This document shows, in pieces, positions 20,070-30,468 of a stretch of DNA of 64,000 nt (the stretch's first letter is position 1; each line of letters starts with the position of its first letter). Both the position numbers and the translations under genes were made by a program. The stretch comes from Anaeromyxobacter sp. (GTDB lineage: Bacteria; Myxococcota; Myxococcia; Myxococcales; Anaeromyxobacteraceae). The stretch lies in contig JASGJN010000022.1 in NCBI GenBank assembly GCA_049840735.1, positions 608,001 to 672,000 on the forward strand. Direction: 5' to 3'. The notes beneath the pieces are model-generated. The model searched no databases, had not been told where the DNA came from, and worked only from the letters and a program-made list of their open reading frames with translations.

Positions 20070-21905
20070 ATGGCCACCTATCGCCCCGAGGCCGCGCTCA
20101 TCGTCCAGTCGGACGGGACCATCCTGGCCGAGGTGGGCGCGCCGGACTACCCGGTGGCGCGCGCGAAGCTGGCCCGCTTCGCCGAGCTGGCGAAGTCGCC
20201 CGAGCACGTCCACACCTACCGCATCACCCCGCTGTCGCTCTGGAACGCGGCGGCCTCGGGCATGGGCGAGGCCGAGGTGGTGGCGGCGCTGCTGGAGCAC
20301 TCGAAGTACGACGTGCCGCAGAACATCCTGGCCGAGGTGAGGGAGCAGCTGGGGCGCTACGGCCGGCTCTGGCTGGAGCAAGGCGACCGCCCCGGGGTGC
20401 TGCTGCTCCGGGCCTCGGATCCGTACCTGGCCCGGGTGCTCGAGCTGTCCAGGGCCGGGGCGCTGCTGGGCCGGCAGCTCGAGCCTGGCGTGTTCGAGCT
20501 GCCGGTGGAGCGCCGGGGCGACGTGAAGCAGGCGCTCATCGCCGTGGGCTGGCCGGTGGACGACCGGGCCGGCGTCGTGCCTGGCGAGGGCATGCCGTGC
20601 CAGCTGCGGTCCGTCACGGTGGGCGGCGCGCCGTTCGCGCTGCGGCCCTACCAGTCCGACGCGGTGGAGCTGTTCGCGGCCGGCGGGGCGCACGGCGTGA
20701 TCTGCCTACCGTGCGGCGCGGGGAAGACGCTGGTCGGCCTGGGGGCGATGGCCCGCTTCCAGGAGAGCACGCTGGTGCTCTGCGCCAGCACCACCGCCGC
20801 GCGGCAGTGGCTGGCCGAGGCGCTCGACCGGACCACGCTGCAGGCCGGCGACGCGGGCGAGTACACCGGGGCGGGCAAGTCGGTCCGGCCCTTCACGGTG
20901 GCCACCTACCAGATCCTCACCCACCGCCCCGGCGGCCGGAAGCCAACCCCCGAGGCGCCGCTGCGGGCAGAGGACTTTCCGCACTTCGAACTCTTCAACG
21001 CGCGGCGGTGGGGCCTCATCATCTACGACGAGGTGCACCTGCTGCCCGCGCCGGTCTTCCGCATGACCGCCGCCATCCAGTCGCGCCGCCGCCTGGGCCT
21101 CACCGCCACGCTGGTCCGCGAGGACGGGCACGAGGGGGACGTGTTCTGCCTGGTGGGGCCCAAGCGCCACGACGTGCCGTGGAAGGACCTCGAGGAGAGC
21201 GGGTTCATCGCCAGCGCGGTCTGCTGCGAGATCCGGGTCGGCCAGAGCCCCGCCATGCGCATGACCTACCTGGCGCTGGAGCGGCGGGACCAGCACCGCT
21301 TCGCGGCCGCCAACCCGCGCAAGCTGGACGTGGTCAAGGCGCTGGTGGCGCGGCACCCGGGCGAGCCGGTGCTGGTGATCGGCACCTACCTCGGCATGCT
21401 CCGCCGGCTGGCGCAGCAGCTGGGCGCCCCCATCGTGGACGGGGGCACGCCGCAGCCGGTGCGCGAGGGGGTGTTCGCCGCCTTCAGGCAGGGCAAGCAC
21501 CCGGTGCTGGTCCTGTCCAAGGTCGGCAACTTCTCCATCGACCTGCCCGACGCCTCGGTCTGCATCCAGGTGTCGGGCAACTTCGGTTCGCGCCAGGAGG
21601 AGGCCCAGCGGCTGGGGCGCATCCTGCGCCCCAAGGCCCGGCAGGCCTGGTTCTACACCGTCATCACGCGCGACACGGAGGAGAGCCGCTTCGCCTTCAA
21701 GCGGCAGCTCTTCCTGGGCGAGCAGGGCTACGCCTACCTGATCGAGGACTGGGAGCAGGAGGTGCCCGAGGGGTCTGCCGATTCCGCCGAGGCGCCGCCC
21801 CTCCCGCCGCCGGCGCTGCCCGGCGAGGCCCCTGCCGGCCCGCCAGACGCCACCGTCATCTCGCTCTCCGACGAGAGGGATCGCCGCCGTGCCACACTTC
21901 ACTGA
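20070..21905 (+). CDS. DNA repair helicase XPB (Rad25/Ssl2 family)
   Basis: IVQSDGTIL, AELAKSPEHVHTYRITPLSLWNA, LRPYQ, LPCGAGKT, DEVHLLPA, RRLGLTATLVRED, GSRQEEAQRLGRILRPK. Confidence 0.95.
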   Translation: MATYRPEAALIVQSDGTILAEVGAPDYPVARAKLARFAELAKSPEHVHTYRITPLSLWNAAASGMGEAEVVAALLEHSKYDVPQNILAEVREQLGRYGRLWLEQGDRPGVLLLRASDPYLARVLELSRAGALLGRQLEPGVFELPVERRGDVKQALIAVGWPVDDRAGVVPGEGMPCQLRSVTVGGAPFALRPYQSDAVELFAAGGAHGVICLPCGAGKTLVGLGAMARFQESTLVLCASTTAARQWLAEALDRTTLQAGDAGEYTGAGKSVRPFTVATYQILTHRPGGRKPTPEAPLRAEDFPHFELFNARRWGLIIYDEVHLLPAPVFRMTAAIQSRRRLGLTATLVREDGHEGDVFCLVGPKRHDVPWKDLEESGFIASAVCCEIRVGQSPAMRMTYLALERRDQHRFAAANPRKLDVVKALVARHPGEPVLVIGTYLGMLRRLAQQLGAPIVDGGTPQPVREGVFAAFRQGKHPVLVLSKVGNFSIDLPDASVCIQVSGNFGSRQEEAQRLGRILRPKARQAWFYTVITRDTEESRFAFKRQLFLGEQGYAYLIEDWEQEVPEGSADSAEAPPLPPPALPGEAPAGPPDATVISLSDERDRRRATLH

Positions 21906-23988
21906 GTCCCACGCCCGCTACTTCCGCGAGGAGACCCCGGTCCGCGAGCTGGCGCGCGAGCTGCTCGGCGAGTGGGTGCCAAGCCCGATCCTGGCGGCCC
22001 GCGCGCTGGCCGAGCTGGTCGCGGACCTGCCCCGCCTGCAGGCGCTGGTGACCACCTTCCCCGGCGCCGGCGTGGTGGCGCTGGAGGTGCTCTCCGGGGA
22101 GGAGGAGCTCGACCGGCGTGACCTGGTGGTCCGGCTGGAGGCGCGGCTCGGCCCGGGGCGCGCCGAGGCGGCCCTCCACGCGGTGGGGCGGCGCGGGCTG
22201 CTGGCGCAGCAGCGCGGGTGGCACGGCCACCTGGTCTGCAAGCTGTGGGAGCCGTTCCGCGAGGCGCTGCGGAGCGTCTTCGCCGCCGGGGCGCTCGCCG
22301 GAGCGCCGGAGGAGGGCGCCGCCTGGCCGGACCAGGGCGGCCTCGCGCTGGCGGTCCTGCTCGCCCAGCTCGAGAAGGCCCCGCTCCGCATCTCGCGCAA
22401 CGACTCGCCCAACCGGCGCGACCTGGAGGTGCTGGAGCGCCGCTTCGAGCGGGCGCTCGGGGACGGCGTGACCACCCACGTCGTGCGGGCCTTCCGGCGC
22501 ATCGGGCTGCTCGCCCACGAGGTGCGCGACGCCCAGCCGCGCGCCAGCCTCTTCGCCGTGGTCGATCAGGGCGCTGCGCTCGGCTTCCTCGAGGGCACGC
22601 GCGCGCAGCGGCTGCGGGCGCTGTGCGCAGCCTGGCCGCCGCCCCGGGCGCTGCGCCCGCTCTTCCAGGCGGGGGCGCGGGTCCTCCCGCTCGAGCACTG
22701 CCGGCGCCTGGGCGGGCCGTGCGGCGTCGAGGAGCAGACGGCCTGGCTCGAGTTCGGCCTGGCAACCGGCCTGCTGGAGGAGGTGGGCGGCGGGGTGCGC
22801 GTCGCCGGCGAGCTGCGCGGCCAGCGCCCGCAGCGCCCGGCCGCCGGCCGCTGGCTGGTCCAGCCCACGCTGGAGATCGTGGTGCCGCCCGACGTCCCCC
22901 CCGGCGACGTCTTCCGGCTGGCGCGCCTGGCCGAGGTCGAGTCGCTCGACCGCGCCGCCGTGCTGCGGCTCACGCCGCGCAGCCTGGACGCGGCCTGCGG
23001 CGCCGGGTTCGACGAGCACGACGCCATCCAGCTGCTCACGGCGCGCGCCGGCGCGCCGCTGCCCGAGACCGTGCTGCGGGTGCTGGCGGACGGCCTGCGC
23101 TCGCCGCGGATGGCCCGGCTCCACCACGGGCTGGTGGCCGTGGTGCCGGGTGGGCCCGCCGCCACGCTGCGGGCCCACCCCGAGCTGCCCAGGCTGGCCC
23201 CGCGCGAGCCGGCGCCCGGCGTGTTCCTGGTCGAGCCAGGCCAGGAGGAGGCGTTCAAGAAGGTCCTCGCCGCGACCGGGGCGGAGGCGCGCTGCGAGGG
23301 GCGCCGCACGCCGACGTTCTGGCCACAGCAGCTGGACGCCTGCGACACGGCCGAGCTGGAGATCCTGCTCGCGCTCCCCGCCCTGCCCGACCCGGATCCG
23401 CGCATCGCCCAGGCCCGGCAGCGCGCCCTGGACGGCCACGCCGGCGAGTTCCCCGAGGTGCCGCCTGCCGCGCCTGCAGCGAAGGTCGATGCAGGGGCGG
23501 AGGTGGATGGGGAGGAGCTCGGCTTCGAGGACCCGGAGGAAGACGCCGCGGAGCGCGAGCTGGACGAGGAGGAGGTGGAGGCCGTCCTCGACGTCGAGCA
23601 GGGCCAGGAGGCGCCGCCCGCGCTCCGGGACATGTTCGCCCAGTGGGCGCCCGTCGCCCGCAGAGCCATCGCCCGCCGGCACGACCTGTGGCTCCTGCTC
23701 GACGGCGCTCCGCCGCGCCGGGTGACCCCGCACCGCTTCGGCCTCTCCGGCGGGCGGCTGCAGCTGGAGGCGCTGGCGCAGGACACGCTCGAGCTGCGGG
23801 CGTTCCCCGCCGACCTGATCCGCGCCGCCGCGCTGTCCGGGCCGAGCCGGCCCAGGTTCCTCACCGCCCTGACCGAGGCCCGCGGCGTACTGCGCGCCTC
23901 GCGCAACGACCCCTGCCCCTGCGGCAGCCAGCGCAAGTACAAGGCCTGCTGCCTGACCAGGGACGTGGCCGACGAGCTGGGGACGTGA
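21889..23988 (+). CDS. XPB partner: Helicase_C_3 (Tfb2/p52-like) domain + acidic linker + WYL-like domain + SEC-C
   Basis: LVQPTLEIVVP...AEVESLDRAAVLRLTPRSL...LPETV; RRVTPHRF...LEAL...LRAFPADLI; RNDPCPCGSQRKYKACC. Confidence 0.75.
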   Translation: MPHFTESHARYFREETPVRELARELLGEWVPSPILAARALAELVADLPRLQALVTTFPGAGVVALEVLSGEEELDRRDLVVRLEARLGPGRAEAALHAVGRRGLLAQQRGWHGHLVCKLWEPFREALRSVFAAGALAGAPEEGAAWPDQGGLALAVLLAQLEKAPLRISRNDSPNRRDLEVLERRFERALGDGVTTHVVRAFRRIGLLAHEVRDAQPRASLFAVVDQGAALGFLEGTRAQRLRALCAAWPPPRALRPLFQAGARVLPLEHCRRLGGPCGVEEQTAWLEFGLATGLLEEVGGGVRVAGELRGQRPQRPAAGRWLVQPTLEIVVPPDVPPGDVFRLARLAEVESLDRAAVLRLTPRSLDAACGAGFDEHDAIQLLTARAGAPLPETVLRVLADGLRSPRMARLHHGLVAVVPGGPAATLRAHPELPRLAPREPAPGVFLVEPGQEEAFKKVLAATGAEARCEGRRTPTFWPQQLDACDTAELEILLALPALPDPDPRIAQARQRALDGHAGEFPEVPPAAPAAKVDAGAEVDGEELGFEDPEEDAAERELDEEEVEAVLDVEQGQEAPPALRDMFAQWAPVARRAIARRHDLWLLLDGAPPRRVTPHRFGLSGGRLQLEALAQDTLELRAFPADLIRAAALSGPSRPRFLTALTEARGVLRASRNDPCPCGSQRKYKACCLTRDVADELGT

Positions 23989-23990
23989 CC

Positions 23991-24539
23991 ATGAGCGCCG
24001 CCCGCTACCTCGGCCCTGAGCCGCCCATCCGCGACCTCTCGGTGGAGTGGCCCATCTTCCTGTGGCGCCCCGACGGCACCGGCCGCCGCGAGGGGCTCCT
24101 CCTCCGCACGCCGCTCTGCCCCGACCCCAGCTGCAGCGAGCGGCACCTCCTCATCGACGCACACGTCGTCTCGGACGACCTCCTCGGCACCGAGAGCTTC
24201 GACGTCCAGTATCCGCCCGGTGTCCCGGAGGTGCTCGACCACGCCTTCACCCTGCGCGTCGCGCTCGACGACGGAGAGGTGGAGCCCACCCGCCGCGTCG
24301 ACCTCCCCGACGCGCTCGCCTGGTTCCTGCAGGAGCTCGACCCCGAGCTGCTCTCCACGCTGCGCCGGCGGTTCGTGTTCCAGCGGCGGGAGCGGGGAGT
24401 GGCGGAGGGGATCCCGGTCCGACGAATCCCGCAGCCCGGGCGGAACGAGCCGTGCCCGTGCGGTTCCAGGAGAGAGTTCAAGTTCTGCTGCGTGGCCGAG
24501 ATCTCAGCTGATTCGCCGCCTAGGTCCACGCCGTCGTAG
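23991..24539 (+). CDS. SEC-C motif protein
   Basis: ATG 2 nt after the previous stop; CPDPSC; GRNEPCPCGSRREFKFCC. Confidence 0.7.
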   Translation: MSAARYLGPEPPIRDLSVEWPIFLWRPDGTGRREGLLLRTPLCPDPSCSERHLLIDAHVVSDDLLGTESFDVQYPPGVPEVLDHAFTLRVALDDGEVEPTRRVDLPDALAWFLQELDPELLSTLRRRFVFQRRERGVAEGIPVRRIPQPGRNEPCPCGSRREFKFCCVAEISADSPPRSTPS

Positions 24540-24665
24540 CGCCGCTGGGGGGTGAGCCGGGTTGGCGCTGCGGGATGCGGTCGTTGTTCGCCCTGCACGG
24601 ATGAATCTCGGCTTCCCCGAGCACCTCGGGAGGCGGGGCGCCTTCGGTTCGGATACGATGGCCCG

Positions 24666-25637
24666 GTGAGGTACTGGTGGGTCAACCAGAAGCAGACCTA
24701 CCGCCACGAAATCGGCGGTGGATACCTCTGGTCGCCCAAGCGGAAGGCAGACCAAAGCCGAAACCGCTTCTACGACAACATGAAGGCGGTGGCGCCGGGT
24801 GACGTGGTCTTCTCGTACTGGGAGGCCGCCATCCGGGCGTACGGCTTCATTCGATCGTTCGGATACGACGCGCCTAAGCCGGAGGCGTTCGGGAACGCGG
24901 GCCGAAACTGGAGCCAGATCGGCTACCGCGTCGACGTGGAGTATGTGAAGCTCGAACGCCCGATCGAACCACGACAGGCGTGGAACCGCATCCAACCGCT
25001 CTTGCCGGACAGGTACTCGCCTCTCAACCCGGCAAACGGCAAGGGGCTTCAGTCCGTCTACCTGGCTGAGCTGCCCCTCGATCTCGGTGCGCTCATCTGG
25101 TCGCTGAGCGCCGACGCCGGGAACGCGCTGGTGGTCCGCGATGCGCGCGCAGCGCTCATTGCCTCGGCCGAGGAGCCAGAGCGCGAGACCTGGGAGCGTC
25201 ATGAGCTCGAGCAGCTCGGCGAAGCGAGGCTCGACAGGACGGAGCGGGAGGCGATCGTCAAGGCCAGGGTAGGGCAGGGCCTGTTCAGGCAGAACATCGC
25301 CACGCTGGAAAGGCAGTGCCGGATAACCGGCGTATCGAACCCCGCGTATCTCATCGCAAGCCACATCAAGCCCTGGCGGCACGCGAGCAATGAGGAGCGG
25401 CTCAGCAAGCACAACGGGCTCATGCTGGCGCCACAGGCAGACTTCCTGTTCGACCGCGGGTTCATCTCGTTCGGAGATGGACGACTCCTCGTATCGCCAG
25501 TGGCGGACGAGCGGAGCCTCGTGAAGCTCGGGGTAGACCCCGACCGCCCCCCGGTGGTGGGGGCCTTCACGAACGAGCAGGAACAGTATCTCGAGTTTCA
25601 CCGAGCGGAGATCTTCAGGGCGGTGGACGTTTGCTAG
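24666..25637 (+). CDS. EVE-HNH endonuclease (VcaM4I-like candidate modification-dependent restriction enzyme)
   Basis: YWWVNQKQTY..GGYLWSPK..YDNM..V.PGDVVFS (EVE/PUA-like); RVGQGLFR, CRITG, LIASHIKPW, NGLMLAP, FDRGFISF (HNH_2). Lower GC than neighbours. Confidence 0.82.
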   Translation: MRYWWVNQKQTYRHEIGGGYLWSPKRKADQSRNRFYDNMKAVAPGDVVFSYWEAAIRAYGFIRSFGYDAPKPEAFGNAGRNWSQIGYRVDVEYVKLERPIEPRQAWNRIQPLLPDRYSPLNPANGKGLQSVYLAELPLDLGALIWSLSADAGNALVVRDARAALIASAEEPERETWERHELEQLGEARLDRTEREAIVKARVGQGLFRQNIATLERQCRITGVSNPAYLIASHIKPWRHASNEERLSKHNGLMLAPQADFLFDRGFISFGDGRLLVSPVADERSLVKLGVDPDRPPVVGAFTNEQEQYLEFHRAEIFRAVDVC

Positions 25638-25711
25638 CGCAGTGACCCGGCGAGTGGCTCTTGCGCCACCGTGGCGGCGACGAGAGCACCGACCTGCTAC
25701 AGTCCCCGCCC

Positions 25712-26509
25712 ATGCGCGCCCACCCCCTCCGCCGCGCCCTGCTCCCAGCCGTCCTCGCCGCGCTGCTCCTGGCCCGCCCCGCCCCCGCGGCCGCGCCGGA
25801 GACCTACGCCGTGGGCAAGCTCCCGCTGGCGCCCTTCGGCGCCTCGGTGGAGTTCCCGGCCTGGGGCGCGACCAAGGTGGAGCTGGGAGGCCTGCTGCTC
25901 ACGCAGGGCACGTACGACGACCGGAACCCCTGGGCGCACCTCTCGATGCTGGCGCCGTTCGGCTGGCTGCACCACGACGGCGTCCCCAACCTGCGCCTCT
26001 CGCTGGGCTTCCAGGAGCTGTTCCAGCAGGAGGTCGCGGCCATGGGCATCCCCTCCGGCCACGAGGAGCGCGTCGTGGGGCGGGCGCGCCTGCAGCAGCC
26101 GCGGGGCGAGGCGGCGCTGTACGAGCTGCTCCAGCTCGACGTCCGCAACTTCACCGATCCGGGCGGCACGCACCGGCTGGTCTACCGCCCGCGGCTGCGC
26201 GTCGGCCAGGGCTTCAACCTGGACGCGGTGCGCATCCACTCGCTCTTCCTCTACCAGGAGGTCGCGCTGCGGTACTCGAGCGACGACTACGCGACCAAGG
26301 CCTTCGACTTCTTCCGGGCGGTGGTCGGCTACACCTGGACCACGCGCACCGGCACCTTCGTGTCGCTGGGGGCGGTGGGGCAGGTGTCGCTCAACCCGCC
26401 GGGCACGCGCTACGACATCCTCTACGGCCCGGTCCTGACCTTCGCCCACAAGTTCCGCGCGCCGCCTCCGCAGGCGGCGCCGCCCCCGCCCGGAGACGTG
26501 CTGGATTGA
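25712..26509 (+). CDS. Outer-membrane beta-barrel protein (DUF2490-like)
   Basis: Signal peptide, alternating amphipathic strands, RLVYRPRLRV, LYQEV, FDFFRAVVGY. Confidence 0.6.
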   Translation: MRAHPLRRALLPAVLAALLLARPAPAAAPETYAVGKLPLAPFGASVEFPAWGATKVELGGLLLTQGTYDDRNPWAHLSMLAPFGWLHHDGVPNLRLSLGFQELFQQEVAAMGIPSGHEERVVGRARLQQPRGEAALYELLQLDVRNFTDPGGTHRLVYRPRLRVGQGFNLDAVRIHSLFLYQEVALRYSSDDYATKAFDFFRAVVGYTWTTRTGTFVSLGAVGQVSLNPPGTRYDILYGPVLTFAHKFRAPPPQAAPPPPGDVLD

Positions 26510-26591
26510 GCCGACGAGCGCTCGGCCCTTTGGCCTATTGCCGGCCCCCGGGCTCCGCGGCGAGTCTGCAGGGTCACCCCGGGAGGCCCGA

Positions 26592-27669
26592 GTGAACCGC
26601 GCCGTCACGTCCTTCATCGCCCTGGTCCTGCTCGCCGCCAGCGCCGCCAGCGCCGCAGCGCGCGCCGAGGCGCCGGCGTCGCTCGACTACCAGCCGGCGC
26701 CGGACGCGCTGGCCGCCCCGCCCGCGCAGCCGGCGGCGCCCGTCGAGGAGGCGCCGGCCAAGCCCGTCGAGAAGAAGAAGTCGCCCTTCTTTCCGATCTG
26801 GGGAGACAAGGCCCGCGCCAAGGGCTTCGAGCTGCCGCCGGCCTGGGGCCTGATGGCGAACTACTACTACCAGCGCTCGGACATCCGCATCTCCAACCTG
26901 CAGCTGGGCGTGAACGACAGCCGGATGTTCGACGCCAGCTTCATCAAGTTCGGCACCTCCACCGCCAAGGCCAGCTCGCTCTGCCTGCGGCCCAACTTGA
27001 TGATCTTCCCCTTCTTCACGTTCTACGGCCTGCTCTCCGCCGGCAACTCCAGCACCACCGTCAACGTCACCGACCCGGGCACCTTCACCACGGTCGCCGA
27101 CTCCAACGCCAAGGTGGTCGCGCTGGGCGGCACCTTCCAGATGGGCCTGGAAGGGCGTCTTCGTGGTGGCGGACTTCAACGGCGCCGTGGCCGACGTGGA
27201 CCGCATGGCCGATTCGATGGGCTCGAACCTCCTCTCCTTCCGCCTGGGGTTCAACAAGAAGCTGGGCGGGCCGCGCCCTGGCCACGGCATGGCCTTCTGG
27301 GCGGGCACGGCCGGACAGGTGCTGGACGTGGAGACCAAGGGCTCCGTGAAGCTGGCCGACGTGCTCCCCACGCCCTCGCAGGACCAGGTGGATGCGGTGC
27401 AGCTTCGCTGCGACGCGATGTCGGCGCTCAACCCGGGCAAGGCGCGGTGCAACGAGTTCGCCGACAAGATGCAGGGCTGGGTGGACGGCACCGACCCGGA
27501 CGCCACGGTCCACTACTCGCTCGACAAGAAGCCCAAGGACGTCTGGAACGCGCTGGTGGGCGCGCAGTACGCCTACGACCGCAACTGGATGCTGCGGGCC
27601 GAGTACGGCTTCCTGACCTCGCGCACCTCGTTCCTGCTGGCGCTGGAGTACCGCTTCGACGGGCCGTGA
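26592..27669 (+). CDS. Outer-membrane beta-barrel protein (frameshift near 27146)
   Basis: Signal peptide; FFPIWGDKARAKGFELP.. ; C-terminal ..LEYRF barrel signature in ORF 27163..27669. Confidence 0.65.
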
Positions 27670-27699
27670 CGTCGCAGGGCGGTGCCCGGCGCCGCCCGC

Positions 27700-29008
27700 T
27701 CAGAACGCCTCGCCGGCCCCGAAGTACACGCCCACCGAGTCCTGCCCGGCCGCCAGGTCGAGCGTGACGTTGTTGCGCGCCTCGCGGTTCATCATGAAGC
27801 GCAGCCCCACGCCGGCGGCGGGGCGGAGCCGCTCGAAGAGGTGCTCGCGCCCCTGCTCGTGGCCGGCCACCGACACCGGCGGGCTCGAGAACGTCGCGGC
27901 GTTCGCGAACACCACACCGCCCAGCAGGCCGTCGTCGGTGAGCCGGAAGCGCCACTCGGCCTCGCCGTAGACCTCGGCGTCGCCGCGGAAGCGGCCCTGG
28001 ATGTAGCCGCGGCCGCTGCGGATGGCGAAGTCCCAGCCGATGGACGGCAGCGCCAGGTAGGGCAGCCGCCCCGAGGTCACGCCCTGTCCCAGCACCCAGA
28101 ACGCCAGCACGTTGCGCGGCGTCTCGTCCGACAGGCTCACGTAGGTGCGCGCCTCGCCGAAGACCATGGTCGCGTCCTGGGTGCTGCCGAGCCACTCCGG
28201 GTAGGCGCGCAGCGAGCCGTTGAGGTACCAGCCGCGGTAGGCGTTGATGGTGGAGTCGCGGCTGTCGAGCACCAGCTCCAGCCCCACGCCGGAGGTGTTG
28301 TAGGCCTTGCCGGGGAAGCCGAACTGCTCGCTGTAGGCGGCGTGGCTGGTCACCACCGGCGGCGCGGCCCCCAGGTCCAGCCGCTGGTCGTCGATGCCGT
28401 AGTAGCGGTCGAAGCGGTAGCTCAGCCCGGCGTAGAAGCTCCCCTTCACCCGCCGCAGCACCGACTGGTGGATGCGGAACAGGTTGAAGTCCATGGGCCG
28501 CTCGCCCGCCAGCGTGGCGGTGGGGCCGATGCCACCGAGGGTGAAGGCGGTGTCGTCGGTGCCGGCGCTGGAGCCGAGGCCGTAGGTGGACTGGTTGGTG
28601 AGGAGCAGCCGGTAGTCGCCCTGCAGCTGCCAGGCGTTCCCCTCCAGCACGGCCACGTTGCGCGACTGCACGATGAGCTGCTGCTTGGTGGTGACGAAGG
28701 CCACCAGCCCGAGGCTGGAGATGGTGGTGGTCTCCGGATCGCCCATGTAGATGCCGGCCAGCGTGGTGATCCCGAGCACGAAGCCGTTCTGCGGCGTGTA
28801 GCCGACGGCGGGGATGATGGAGGGGTAGAGCTTCCAGGGCTCGAGCACGCCGCGGCTCTTCTTGAGGCCGATCCACTCCAGCAGGTCGCGCTGGTCCATG
28901 TAGCGGGCCCCCGCCGGCCGGGGCCGGCGGCGGGGCGTCCTCGGCCAGGGCCGGGGCGGAGGCCGCGAGCAGCGCGCAGGAGAGCAGGGTGGTGCGCAGG
29001 GCCGTCAC
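27700..29008 (-). CDS. BamA/TamA (Omp85) barrel-domain protein without POTRA domains (frameshift near 28910)
   Basis: IPAVGYTPQNG, DSRDSTINAYRG, GRGYIQGRFRGD, C-terminal GEAF. Signal peptide lies in an adjacent frame from GTG 29008. Confidence 0.8.
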
Positions 29009-29128
29009 GAGGGGCTCCGGGTGGAGTAGCGACCCCGAGTCTAGGCGCCCTGCGCCGCCGCCGACAAGGCGGCGCCCACTGGACCTTCGGTGCATTCCCG
29101 GGCGGCCCGCTTCGTGCCTTGATGCGGC

Positions 29129-30251
29129 ATGTCCCGTCCCCGGCACCGCCCGCACCTCGCGCGCTCCCTGGCCCTGGCCGCGGCGCTGCTCGGCCCCTGG
29201 GCCGCGCCGGCGCGCGCCGACCTCCAGGAGCTCTTCACCGACCCCGCCGACGGCGCCTTCGACGCGTCCGCATGGCTCGCCACCCGCCGCGGCTTCGTGC
29301 CGCTGGTCATCCCCATCACCGAGCCCGCGCTGGGCTACGGCGCGGCGGGCGGGCTGGTCTTCTTCCACGCCCAGCCGGCGGAGCCGGGCGAGCGCGTCGA
29401 GTTCTCCCCGCCCAGCCTCTCCGCGGCCATGGGGTTCGCCACCAGCAACGGCACCTGGGGCGCGGGCGGTGGGCACATGGGCATCTGGAGGCACGACACC
29501 ATCCGCTACCTGGGCGGCGGCGCGTACACCTCCCTCAACCTCGACTTCTACGGCGCCAGCGAGCAGGCGCGCCGCTTCAACCTGGAGGCGGTCCCGGTCA
29601 TGCAGGAGCTGGTGCTGCGCGTGGCCGGCAGCCGGCTCTACGCCGGCGGCCGCTGGATGTTCGCCCACTCCAAGGTCACCTGGAAGGACGCGCCACCGGA
29701 CGGCCTGCTGGGCGCGACGGTGGGACTCGACCATCAGCGGCGCCGGCCCGGTGGTCACCTGGGATGCCCGCGACACCATCTTCACGCCCTCCAGCGGCAC
29801 GCGCGCGGAGGCTTCGTTCCTCTGGTTCGAGCCGTGGATGGGGAGCGACTACACCTACTGGAAGCTGTCCGCCTACCAGCTCGGCTACTTCCCGGTGACA
29901 CCCTCCGTGACCACCGCGCTCCGCGTGGACGCGCAGCTGACCGGCGGGGAGGTTCCCTTCTACGCGCTGCCCTACGTGCGCCTGCGCGGCGTGCCGGCGC
30001 TGCGCTATCAAGGCAACTCGGTGGTGGTGGCGGAGACCGAGGTGCGCTGGGACATCGTCCGCCGCTGGAGCGCGGTCGGCTTCGCCGGCGTGGGCGCGGT
30101 GGACGCGCTGCGGGACGAGGTGCCCTGGAGCGCCGGCGGCGGCTTCCGCTACCTGCTGGCCAGCGCCTTCGGCCTGCGCATGGGCCTCGACGTGGCCCGC
30201 GGCCCGGAGGACTGGGCCTGGTACGTGGTGTTCGGGAATCCGTGGCGGTGA
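29129..30251 (+). CDS. BamA/TamA (Omp85) barrel-domain protein (frameshift near 29720)
   Basis: Signal peptide; PITEPALGYG; WDARDTIFTPSSG; LRGVPALRYQG; GGFRYL..GLDVARG..W. Confidence 0.8.
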
Positions 30252-30468
30252 GGGCCCGGCGAACGCCGCCAATGCCCTCGGACGTCACGAACCTACGCTT
30301 GGCGAGTAACGGTCACCCCAGGGCCATCCCGCGTTGCGTGATGCACAACGATGGTTTGCGCCTCGTCAACGGACCGGCCCCGGCAGGTCGCGTAGACTGG
30401 CGCCCACGAAGGCGTGTCCGTCCGGTCGGGAGGATGCGTGAGCCCGCGAGGGCGCGGGGGAGGGCCGC

